NCBI GenBank assembly: GCA_002269645.1
Contig: NIVC01002739.1
Coordinates: 1-64,000, forward strand
Length of the DNA: 64,000 nt
Source: Macrostomum lignano
Lineage: Eukaryota
Reading direction: 5' to 3'
Below the pieces are notes generated by a model, which searched no databases, was not told the origin of the DNA, and saw only the letters and a program-made list of their open reading frames with translations. Of the stretch, positions 49,638-61,900 are shown in pieces (position 1 is the stretch's first letter; every line of letters starts with the position of its first letter). The position numbers were made by a program, and so were the translations under genes.

Positions 49638-50705
49638 AAGAAAGAAGAGATGAGGTAGAGGTAAAGGGAAGAGGAGGAGAGAGGAAAGAGATGAGATTGT
49701 AGAGATGAGAGAGATGAAAGAAAAGATGATCGAGAGAGTAAAGATGAAAGATGAAGGAAGAGAGAGCAGAGTGCAGAGAGACGAGAGAAGAGAATAGAGG
49801 GGAGAGAGTATAGAAGAGGGAAAAGAAGAGAGGAGTAAGGAAAGAGAGGAGTCAGAAGAGGGGAAAGAGAAGAGTACATAGTAGAGAGGAGAGTAGAGAT
49901 GACAGAAAAGAGAGGGGAATGATAAGCGAAGATGAGAGTGAACAGACGATATAAGAGAGGAGAGAGGAGAGTGAGAGAGAAGAGAGAAGACAAGAGAGGG
50001 AGAGAGTATAGGAGAGAAGAGAAGAGACGAGAAGAAAAAAGAAAGGATCGAGTCCTCCTGAGTCAAAAAGGGAAAAGAGAGGAGTACAAGGGGAGAGAGG
50101 TGAGAGAACATATGAGAGTAAAGAAGACAGATGAGAGAGGGGAGATGAGAGAGCAGAAACGAGAGTGAATAGACGAGAGATGGGAGAGTAGAGAGAAAAG
50201 AGGAGAGATAAGAAACAAGAGATGAGAGGTGGAGACAAGGGAGAGATGAGAAGTGAGTGAGGAGAGAGGAGGGGAAGGGAGAGAATAGAGATAGGACAGG
50301 AGAGAGCAGAGAGGTGAGAAGAGAGAGAGAGAGAGGGGGGAGAGGAGAGAGCAGAGAGAAATGAGAAAAGATAAGAGAGAGAGAAGATAAAAGAATAGAA
50401 ATGAGAGATTAGAGAGCAAAGACGAGAGAGAAGGGAGGTGAGGGAAGAGAGAGCAGTGAGAAATGAGAAGAGATAAAAGAGGAGAAAGGAGATATGAGAG
50501 ACCAGAGACCAGAGAGAAGAGAGGAGAGGAGAGAGAAAATAATAGAGGGGAGAGGGAAGAGACGAGTGAAGGGACGAGAGATGAGAGAGGACAGAGGAGA
50601 GAGGAAAGAAGAGATGAGAGGAGAGAGAGAAGAGACGAGAGAGAAGATAGGAAACAGAAAAGAAGATGGAAGTTTCAAAGGATGCAAAGGACATAGGAGA
50701 GGCAG
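49310..50705 (+). repeat. ~1.4-kb polypurine (GA-rich) low-complexity tract
   Basis: Plus strand almost entirely A/G; includes (GA)n cores at ~49525-49635. Confidence 0.93.
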
Positions 50706-53700
50706 AGGTAGAGGCCACAGTTTGCCTGACATTCTGCGCAGCACCCCAGCTAACAATATCAATGCTTGCCTCAAATCCTAATTTTGCATGAATATACACT
50801 ATTTTATGTTTAACTCTATCCTAACTATGAACAAGTTTTTGTTTGAGTTTGACCTCAGATTTTAGAATACATGCAAAAATAATTCCGGGGAATGGAGTTC
50901 CCCGGGTTTAAAATCCGCGGGTTTCAACAGCTTGTCGATTATAATTTGTACATTGCGCTTGCATATGGGGGTTTGTCTCTGATTATCTAGGCTTGTTTAT
51001 CAATTTTTATCATATTTACATGCTTATTATAGATATACGCTTGCAGTCAACGGCCGCAATTTCTTACTTCTCTGCTCGCGGCCTCTTAGACATCTCATGC
51101 TGGCTTTCCTCGCCCTCACAATTAAATAATTAAGTTTACCATTCCGTCGCTTGGCTTGGCCCACCAATAGACAGGGTCCCAACCGCGGCCTTCGCAAGGC
51201 GCAACCAGAGCCCATTGCATTAAAGTGCATCTCATCAAATTACATTACGCTAGTGTGAAATCGCGGCTGCTGATCTGGATCGTTGACTCTCTATCAAATT
51301 AAATTACAATGTAAATTATCTGCTACGCAAAGTCTTCCGCCTTACTCGTCACACTAATCTTGCATAAATATGCGTCGCAAAATTATGAAATTATTGATAA
51401 TTACTTACTTTTGTCACGTCAGTCCTTAATCGGTGTTCTGAGGTGGTAGGGGCAATAGCAAATGGCCGCCGCCAGCGGAGGAGTTCCTTACCAACGGAAA
51501 TAGTTAAAAAAGGCAAAAAAGTATGTTACTTTTAAAAAAAAAAATAGTTAATTTTATACTACTTACTTTTTAAAATTGAAGTTAACTTGGTTCCTGGTCT
51601 TTTACGATGTAAAAAATCAACCATTATAAGTATTTTTGTTCTTTAAAAAAAGGAACATTTTTCAAACTTCAACCTTTCCAAGAAACAAATAACAACGCCC
51701 TCAACGCCGACTAACAAAAAAACGCATGACGCGTGGCCATGCCTAAATTTTTAAGATACTAATTTTTAGATAATGTGTTAGTATTGACATTTTGTTACTG
51801 TTTATTAATAATTCTCACTGAGCACTGAGCTCTTGCCGATTGTGAGTTACCACAGAAGGAAGAGCTTAGTCTTGGTAGATAAAATAGGCCTACTTTTTTG
51901 TTACTATTCTATCTTTCACTTGCATAAAAAGTTATGTGAAAACTCAGCATTGCATTGCAAAGCTATGATAGAAATTTTGGAAAGTTTTGGGATTAACCTC
52001 AATTGTAGCATAGGCCTAGTCTATAAGTGATAGCAGGCCTAGCTAGCTACTATGTCCATAGCACACTGATCTATACTAAGGATACCTTAGCCCTTAAGAT
52101 GCTTCACCAGTCTTCTTACCAAGAGCATTTCAAAGATTTAGGGTGTATTTAGGTGAATACACTTCTCTAATAAGCTCTCAGTTGAGCACACACCCAAGTG
52201 CTGCTCTTGCCACAGATCTAAAAACATATGCCCAATACCCATTTGACCCATCCAAACCAGATGGGTAAAATGGCCATTGGCCAAGGTAAGTTGCAAAATC
52301 AAAAATGCAAAAAATGGTAAATTGGGAGAAGAAGAGAAAAGGAAAAAAATGAGAGAGAAAAAAGAGAGGGTAAAGAAGAGAAAGAAAGAGAAAGAGAAAA
52401 AAAGGCAAGAAAAATCATTTACAAAGTTGAAATTAAATAGCAATTGGGGGAACTAAGTTGCAATCAGGAGGAACTAAATTGCAATCGGGAGGAACTAAGT
52501 TGCAATTGGGAGGAGCTAGGTCGCAAATCTGGACAAAACTAAGTTGCACTGGATGTGTGAAATTTTGAGGTTAGGCATGTATGTCTAAAAATATGCAGCT
52601 GTGCTTTCGCTATGCTTTGTGCTAAAATTTTTGCAACTGTCCCTGTGCCATCAGCTGAGCATCAACAGTGATGAGTCACCTTTTCTCGTGCAATAGTCGG
52701 ATGAGAATGTTATAATTGAATTGACATGACTCAATTGATTTTCTCTTTAGAGTTTGTTGAGAGAAAGTGAAAATGGCCTTCTGGGTCGCTGGCTAGTTTG
52801 ACTTTATTTATTTAGATAAAGCAAAGAGAAATTGATGTGTGGGGGGTGGGGGCACGAAGTGTATGAGCAGATATACATTGCACAATAGGGGGAGTGGGGT
52901 AAAAGGAGAATCAGCTTTTTCTTAATATAAAGAAAACCATTTGGGCTAAATAAATATAAACTTTTTTATTAGATAAAACTGCCACCACATTTCAACAGCT
53001 AGAAGAAATGCTAGGGCCATGAGCTTTCTGCAGAAGGCCTGAATTTATAGATTTATATGCAAGTTAATTAGTTAGCTAAATTCCCCCTCTATAAGTTTGA
53101 GATTTAGTTTAGAAAATTGAACTCCAAGTATATTTGTGGCTAGGACATTAGAGCTTGATCACTCAGGAATACACCGTGCCTAGATATTCATTGATTTCCC
53201 TGAAATCAATATGGCACATACATGCACAACAGTTGGCCGAGTCGGCAATGATTTGGCAGCCAACCAAGGTAAGTCGCAAAAATTGCCACCCCAAAATACA
53301 GATATAGTACTAATTAGATGACGAGGCATTTAGCCCTTATAAGACAGTCATAGTTACTCCTGCCATTTACCCAAAATTGCATTAATTTGCTTTAGGGTTT
53401 CTTTCACAGGTAAGTCGCATTTTTGGCCAAAAACTACATCACATTTTTTGTTCAAACTAAGTCGCACGGCCAATCGAATTTTGGAGTTTGCGCATGTATG
53501 ATATGGCATATGTATAATATAGACATGTATATAATAGCTAATGTCAATCTTATCATGTTTAATTACATGCAACATTAGAAACTTATACTTGATACAATGA
53601 GTTACACCTGGTTTGTAGGACAATATAGATATACATTAGGCCTTGAAGAAAAGATCAATTAGCCATGAAGATTGTTTTGACTTTCAACCATTTCAGAATT

Positions 53701-54835
53701 TGCAGACAAATGCATAGCACATACACCCATGCTTTTCATTACTTTCTGAAATAGGTTAAGATAAACACATTTTTAGCAATTTTGAAAAGTATCTCAACTA
53801 CTAATATCAAGGTTTTTCTTATTTTCTGGCAGCCTTGGAAATCTATAAACTGTGGTCACTTAACTATCTATAGCATAGTTACTCTTATAGTTCAACACAT
53901 TTCTATAGTGATTTGGCAATCTATTATAAGTATTAGTTAACTTAAAAAGGATAGTAGGATAACTACCAGGACAACAAACTGCTGCCATTGGATTTTATCT
54001 TTTTTTATATTAACATAATAGATATTTTTAATCTGAATTGATAATGAACATTGCATTATAATAATTGTTATAGCAAAATATAAATATTCTAGAAATTAAA
54101 GTGTTTTAAAAGTAACAGAATGTTAAAATGAATAAATGAACCTTTTGATTGGAAAGTTATATCCTCAATTAAATTTAGACAGTATACTATATAATGAAAT
54201 AGAGTAGCAATTAACAACATATGGGTAACTTCATATTAATTTCTCGACAAATGATTAATTAAGCACTAATGTAATAAGTGAGTATTATTTTCATATAGTC
54301 ACATTATGTTGTTATTATATAACAAAACAACAACAGGTTGTTATTATATGATAGGATTAGTAGCCTGGATTAGGATTAGTAGACCTGTCTAAAGAATTAA
54401 TTGACCTCCAATCCAATATTATTCTTCATACTTGTATCGTTTTTGACACAAAAGTTATAAAACAAAAAATTCAGCTAGACATAATGCTACTTTGAGTTTT
54501 TACAACTTTGGGCTATTTTATTGAAATAAAAAAACTATATAAAATGGAGATTTCACTATGCATATATATAAACTACTATAGAGAGACACGCTGTGCATGC
54601 TAAATTAAAAGAATGCTAATCTTCACTGCCTTAGATCAAATGCAATCATTGTTTTTGGTACATTCTTACAGGAAATTGGCCTCCAAAAATACACAATCTT
54701 TGAGTGTAGCATCCTGATACACTGCTAGTGGTCCTCAATAGAATTTTAATTAAAAGATGACAATAACTAGCAGTTTAATTTTATTCTTGGCCAATTTGTT
54801 GACTTTAAAATTAATTCTTCAGTTTAAACAAAGTG

Positions 54836-56770
54836 ATGAGCAGCCGAGCCAGCAAGCGGCAGTCAGTTGTGCAGGCAGATCAGCCTGAACTGGATCGTCA
54901 AGTTGCCGCGCTGCAGCACTTGGACACTTGCTGCAAAGAGATCTGCTCCGGCTGCAAAACTGCTTGTCAATCGTTGAAGAAATGTGCCCCAGCCGAGTGG
55001 GAGCTGGTCATGGGCCTGATGCAGCATTCTGATCAGTTTCCGGAACTGCAAGCCTGCTTGGACCAATGGCAGGGCTTGGTTCGGGCTAAAGAGTTGGCTT
55101 ATGACCAACTGGCCAACCATATCACTAGATTTGTGGCTAAGCCCATGGCTCAACTGCAGAGAATTCAACCGTGCGTTGCTCGACAGGTCAGCTAAGATAA
55201 TTCATTAATTCTTCAATTGTGGGATATTTTTGCTTTGGAATTTTTCAGTGGATTTGTTGATGTTGAGATCTGTGAATGTTTGGATTTTTAATAATAGGAT
55301 CAGTGAATGTTTGATTTTTCATAGGATCTGTGAATTTTGGGATTTTCAATGGGATTTGTGAATGTTGGGATTTTTAATGGGATCTGTGAACGATGGGATT
55401 TTTAATGGGATCTGTGAATGTTGGGATTTTTAATGGGATCTGTGAATGTTGGGATTTTTAATGGGATCTGTGAATGTTGGGATTTTTAATGGGATCTGTG
55501 AATGTTGGGATTTTTAATGGGATCTGTGAATGTTGGGATTTTTAATAAGATCTGTGAATGTTGTTATTTTTAATGAGATCTGTGAATGTTGGGATTTTTA
55601 ATAATGGGATCAGTGAATGTTTGATTTTTCATAGGATCTGTGAATTTTGGGATTTTCAATGAGATTTGTGAATGTTGGGATTTTTAATGGGATATGTGAA
55701 TGATAAGATTTTTAATGGGATATATTAATTTTTTTAATGGGATCTGTCTCTGTGAATTCTGGGATTTTAAATAGGATCTGTGAATGTGGGTATTAAAAAA
55801 GAATATAATTCAACGAACCCGACTCAGGTAAAGCGACGGGAGCGGAAGCAGAGCGAGGAGGCCAGCCTGGAGAGCAACCTGGCTAAGGAGGAGGCCAAGA
55901 GCGGCACTGCCGGCAGTCGAACCGGGAAACGCTTAGCGACTCTGGCTTATCTGCGCCGGGATTTGGAATCCACAAAATCTCAGCTGGCTCAGCTTAATGA
56001 GGCATTGCTTACCGATCTGCAAGCTTTGCAGGTAAACGCGTCTGACTCATCCTTACTCACCCCTGGTTCGAATCCGTGCGCGGCAATAATTAAGGCTTGT
56101 GCACAGAGATACAAGTGTCAGATGTGATTGTCAGACAAGTGTCAGATATGATTGTCAGACAAGTGTCAGATGTGATTGTCAGACAAGTGTCAGACAAGAG
56201 AAACTAGTGTCAAAGATGATTGTCAGACAAGTGTCAAGAGAAACTAGTGTCAAAGATGATTGTCAGACAAGTGTCAGATGTGATTGTCAGACAAGTGTCA
56301 GACAAGAGAAACTAGTGTCAAAGATGATTGTCAGACAAGTGTCAAGAGAAACTAGTGTCAGATGTGATTGTCAGACAAGTGTCAAGAGAAACTAGTGTCA
56401 GAGATGATTGTCAGACAAGTGTCAAGAGAAACAAGTGCCAGAGATGATTGTCAGACAAGTGTCAAGAGAAACTAGTGTCAGAGATGATTGTCAGACACGT
56501 GTCAAGAGAAACTAGTGCCAGAGATTGCCAAATGCAATCCACCCGCAGGCCGCTCGTCCCGACTACGCGAGGCCCTGCGTCAGAGCCCTGGCCCAGGCGG
56601 AGGCTCAGCACTTCGACCAGCTGGCTCAGCTGTGCGCTCGCGTCAGCGACTGTTTCGCTGCCGAAGAAGATTTTATTTGTTTAACCGCCGACTCTTACGC
56701 TGAGATGACCAAGGATCGATTGAAACAGATTCGGGCGCTAAGTATTGTGGCCGATACAACCGATTCTTAG
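54836..56770 (+). CDS. BIN3: Bridging integrator 3-like BAR-domain protein (258 aa)
   Basis: Exons 54836-55186, 55828-56031 and 56549-56770, all phase 0. VKRRE, RPDYARP and the terminal IRALSIVAD match BIN3 (AVKRREQ, RLDYFQP, LRALSIVADD); length is similar. Confidence 0.85.
55250..55780. repeat. 28-bp minisatellite GGGATCTGTGAATGTTGGGATTTTTAAT in BIN3 intron 1
   Basis: Direct. Confidence 0.92.
56113..56525. repeat. Composite minisatellite (GATTGTCAGACAAGTGTCAAGAGAAACTAGTGTCA) in BIN3 intron 2
   Basis: Direct. Confidence 0.92.
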
Positions 56771-56914
56771 GCCTTTGTTTAGCCTTTTTCAATCAGAAAA
56801 AACGACTCCTTTGTCTTGAGTGAGATTTTCTTTCATTATTGAAAGGCAGTAATTTGTCTGTAATTTATGTCACTGAGTCTTTGATACTTAATGTCCCGAG
56901 TAATTAAATCTGAG

Positions 56915-57232
56915 TTGTTTGTACTTTAATCCCAGAGTTGTAGATGCTTTAATCCCAGAGCAGTTTGTACTTTAATCCCAGAGCAGTTTGTACTTTAATC
57001 CCAGAGCAGTTTGTACTTTAATCCCAGAGCAGTTTGTACTTTAATCCCAGAGTTGTAGATGCTTTAATCCCAAAGCAGTTTGTACTTTAATCCCAGAGTT
57101 GTAGATGCTTTAATCCCAGAGCAGTTTGTACTTTAATCCCAGAGTTGTGGATAATTTAATCCCAGAGTTGTGGATAATTTAATCCCAGAGTTGTGGATAA
57201 TTTAATCCCAGAGTTGTGGATAATTTAATCCG
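56915..57232. repeat. 23-bp minisatellite TTTAATCCCAGAGCAGTTTGTAC
   Basis: Direct. Confidence 0.92.
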
Positions 57233-58354
57233 CGGTATTTAGTTGTTTGTACTTTAATACCATTGTTGGCACCTGGGATTAAATTATCGATATGTTAGAG
57301 TTGTGGATGCCTAAATGCTTTAATGAACTATTAGGCGATTTTAAAAATTGATTGATTGAACATCATTATACTCGTGCGTTTGTATCTCAAAATAAATATA
57401 TTTAAAATTTTATTCAATATGAATGAGACTATGGTATGAATAAGCAGTTGTACAGTTTTTTATTTAAGTTAACGAATTTTTGTAATTTTTGACAAAATTT
57501 CAGTTTTTGCTACTACGAGTAAATTTGTTTCACTATTGCTAACAACGTGATCTACATGTATGTATTTTTTTTGTTATATTCCGTCAGTATCTATCTACCC
57601 AGATAACACATGTGTCTTTATACTCCAAGTAAACAGATTTTATACAATATATTAGTTTGATTTTATTTGCTAGTTTTAAAGAATAATATAACAAACTTTC
57701 TATTGTTGATTTTGCTCAAAGTTGACTAAAACAAAGCCGAAAAGTTAAAACGGTTTTAATTTAAAAAAAATATTCGATATCTTCGTTCGTTAACGATCGA
57801 AAGTTTAAGTTAATGGTGGATTTTGCAAGCACGATTGACTTAAGTGTCTGAAATGTTTTTCGTATTTAGAGAAGACGATACATATAAAACATGTTACATA
57901 ACATTATATTACGTAATGTCGTGAATGTTGAGGGTGTTATACATAGATTTTAAGAATTATAATAGTTTGTACTTCTCACTTATATGAAGCGTAAAAGGGA
58001 ATTAAATCAGTAAAAAATATTTGGGCCAAAAATTCATACAAATATGAGTTGTCAGCCAATATCCACAAGTATGCATATTAGTACATGCGAAACTACAGTT
58101 AAATCTGCTGAGTAGTTTATATACTACTAAAAAGCTAGAGTCGGATAAAGCAAATAAATAAAGCTTCCATGCTATGCATGTTAAAACAAAATAAAAAAAT
58201 CGATTGTGCCCTGATCGCACAAATAAAAAATCATTTAACGTTTGTCATAAACTAGCTACTATACTAGTACTTTTTCTAATTTGGGAGGAAAATGAGTGAT
58301 TTGAGGTCGTCGATAGAAAATTGCAACTCGTATTAATCCTACCGCGCACAGCAG

Positions 58355-58825
58355 TGATAACGGCTTGCGCTGCAGGGGGTAGGAAAATGTGGGGTTTAGC
58401 AAGCGATAAATGGGGCTTGCGCTGCAGGGGGTAGGAAATTGGGGTCGGGCGCAGCAGCGATAAAATGGGGCTTGCGCTGCAGGGGGTAGGAAAAAGTGGG
58501 GTTTAGCAAGCGATAAAATGGGGCTTGCGCTGCAGGGGGTAGGAAATTGGGGTCGGGCGCAGCAGCGATAAAATGGGGCTTGCGCTGCAGGGGGTAGGAA
58601 AATGGGGTGGGGCTCAGCAGCGATAAAATGGGGCTTGCGGTGCAGAGCGTAGGAAAATGGGGTGGGGCTCAGTAGCGATAAAATGGGGCTTGCGGTGCAG
58701 AGCGTAGGAAAATGGGGTGGGGCTCAGCAGCGATAAAATGGGGCTTGCGGTGCAGGGGTAGGAAAATGGGGTGGAGCTCAGCAGCGATAAAATTGGGCTT
58801 GCGCTGCAGGGGGTATGAAATTAGG
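58355..58825. repeat. ~55-bp G-run minisatellite (~9 copies)
   Basis: Unit GCGATAAAATGGGGCTTGCGCTGCAGGGGGTAGGAAAATGGGGTGGGGCTCAGCA. Confidence 0.92.
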
Positions 58826-58982
58826 GGTGGTTTTGACGTTGATAGAAAATCACTTGGTCGATAAAAGCCTTATACGAAGAAATAGTTTGTTATAATAAAA
58901 TAGACTATAAAATTGTCCGGTGCGGCTTCTCTAGTCTTGTGTATACTGTTCCACTTTGATATTGACTATCAAAATAAAAGAC

Positions 58983-61900
58983 CTATTCATCCTTGTTTCT
59001 GCCGCGCTGTTTCCGTCGCGCCGCCCGCCGCGTCACGGCGTCCAAACCGGCGCCGAACCTTTTTGCGGCCAAGCCGGCAAAAGCGGCATTCAAGCCGGAG
59101 AAAGCTGCCAACGCTAGCCAAGATGTGGCCAACCAGAATATCGATGTCGCTACAAAGACTAGCCAAGCTATTAAAACAATAATTAGCCAAATTCGACAGG
59201 CAAAAGTAGGCGAGCAAGCCTCGGTTGGCTCTAGGCTTTGATCTCCGCTAGCCAGATCCGAAGATTGATAAATGTTATTACAAAGACTTAAGTCTTTGTC
59301 GCGCCACAATTTTCGTAACCAATCGGCTGCTCGTTCGGCGTCCATCGGCACCAAGCTAGCCGGATGTCGGCGAACTCGCCACGCGATGCCGGCTGGAAGT
59401 TGACCGCGCAGAAATTTCAGCTCGCTACTCGGCGGCGGAGACGAATTGGCATCGATGAAGTCTTGCGTCAGATCGTACACGGCGTCTAGACGGTCTGCGA
59501 TGCCAGGTTAAGCAGGTTTGACTGCGGTTAGTACAAGCCTATAGGTTAAATATGTGGTAGCTTCAGAGTACATGTACAAGGCAACGTACGATGTACCCTC
59601 ACAGCAGATTTAACGCCACCTTCACAGCAGATTCGGCGCCACTTTCACAGAAGAGTTGGCGCCAACTTCACAACAGAGTTGGCGCCACCCCAAACAGCAG
59701 ATTTGGCGCCACCCCTAACAGAAGATTTGGCGCCACCACTAACAGAAGATTTGGCGCCACTTTCACAGCTGATTCGGCGCCACCCTCAGCAGCAGATTCG
59801 GCGCCATCCTCACAACAGATATGGAAGCAGCTGTTGAGATACCATCTTAATCCCAATCCCTCACTGTCAGTTATTTATACTAAGTCAAAGCTATACACAT
59901 ATACATGTACCTCCTAGTTGCTGTCGCAGATGCACGAAGCCAAGGGTTCGCGGCTGAAGTACCCGCTTTAAAGGCGCCAGGCCCTCTTTCTCGGCGTAAG
60001 CGTCGCTTTGAGCTTTCGTCTGTGGCGTAAAATTCGTGCCCTCTGGGAAGATTAGAATCTGTAAATTTGGCGAAGAAACAACTTTTCTGCATTCTCTACT
60101 CTTGTTTTTCACTTTCGTTCTTCTCTTAAACTACTTCAGCGCTGACTTATTCATTTAACTACTGTCTTGTCTACTCTATTACTGTCTTGTCTACTCTACT
60201 ACTGTCTTGTCTACTCTACTACTGTCTTGTCTACTCTACTACTGTCTTGTCTACTCTACTACTGTCTTGTCTACTCTACTACTGTCTTGTCTACTCTACT
60301 ACTGTCTTGTCTACTCTACTACTGTCTTGTCTACTCTACTACTGTCTTGTCTACTCTACTACTGTCTTGTCTACTCTACTACTGTCTTGTCTACTCTACT
60401 ACTGTCTTGTCTACTCTACTACTGTCTTGTCTACTCTACTACTGTCTTGTCTACTCTACTACTGTCTTGTCTACTCTACCGCTGTCTTGTCTGCTCTACT
60501 ACTGTCTTGTCTACTCTATCGCTGTCTTGTCTACTCTATCGCTGTCTTGTCTACTCTACTACTGTCTTGTCTACTCTACCGCTGTCTTGTCTACTCTATC
60601 GCTGTCTTGTCTACTCTACTACTGGCTTGTCTACTCTACTACTGTCTTGTCTACTCTACCGCTGTCTTGTCTACTCTACTACTGTTTTGTCTACTCTACT
60701 ACTGTCTTGTCTACTCTACTACTGTCTTGTCTACTCTACTACTGTCTTGTCTACTCTACTACTGTCTTGTCTACTCTACTACTGGCTTGTCTACTCTACT
60801 ACTGTCTTGTCTACTCTACTACTGTCTTGTCTACTCTACTACTGTCTTGTCTACTCTACTACTGTCTTGCCTACTCTACTACTGTCTTGTCTACTCTACC
60901 GCTGTCTTGTCTACTTTACTACTGGCTTGTCTACTCTACTACTGTCTTGTCTACTCTACTACTGTCTTGTCTACTCTACTACTGTCTTGTCTACTCTACT
61001 ACTGTCTTGTCTACTCTACTACTGTCTTGTCTACTCTACTACTGTCTTGTCTACTCTACTACTGTCTTGTCTACTCTACTACTGTCTTGTCTACTCTACT
61101 ACTGTCTTGTCTACTCTACTACTGTCTTGTCTACTCTACCGCTGTCTTGTCTACTCTACCGCTGTCTTGTCTACTCTACTACTGGCTTGTCTACTCTACT
61201 ACTGTCTTGTCTACTCTACCGCTGTCTTGTCTACTCTATCGCTGTCTTGTCTACTCTACTACTGTCTTGTCTACTCTACTACTGTCTTGTCTACTCTACT
61301 ACTGTCTTGTCTACTCTACTACTGTCTTGTCTACTCTACTACTGTCTTGTCTACTCTACTACTGTCTTGTCTACTCTACTACTGGCTTGTCTACTCTACT
61401 ACTGTCTTGTCTACTCTACTACTGGCTTGTCTACTCTACTACTGTCTTGTCTACTCTACTACTGTCTTGTCTACTCTACTACTGTCTTGTCTACTCTACT
61501 ACTGTCTTGTCTACTCTACTACTGTCTTGTCTACTCTACTACTGTCTTGTCTACTCTACTACTGTCTTGTCTACTCTACTACTGTCTTGTCTACTCTACT
61601 ACTGTCTTGTCTACTCTACTACTGTCTTGTCTACTCTACTACTGTCTTGTCTACTCTACCGCTGTCTTGTCTGCTCTACTACTGTCTTGTCTACTCTATC
61701 GCTGTCTTGTCTACTCTATCGCTGTCTTGTCTACTCTACTACTGTCTTGTCTACTCTACCGCTGTCTTGTCTACTCTATCGCTGTCTTGTCTACTCTACT
61801 ACTGTCTTGTCTACTCTACTACTGTCTTGTCTACTCTACCGCTGTCTTGTCTACTCTACTACTGTTTTGTCTACTCTACTACTGTCTTGTCTACTCTACT

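Noticed and set aside
52288-53470. About nine dispersed TAAGT(C/T)GCA motifs, some as GGTAAG
   Set aside because: Could be subterminal repeats of a decayed DNA transposon or SL-RNA-like donors, but no TIR, TSD, Sm site or leader sequence could be identified.
56032-56095. tRNA-like fragment (GGTTCGAATCC) in BIN3 intron 2
   Set aside because: B-box only; no A-box or cloverleaf.
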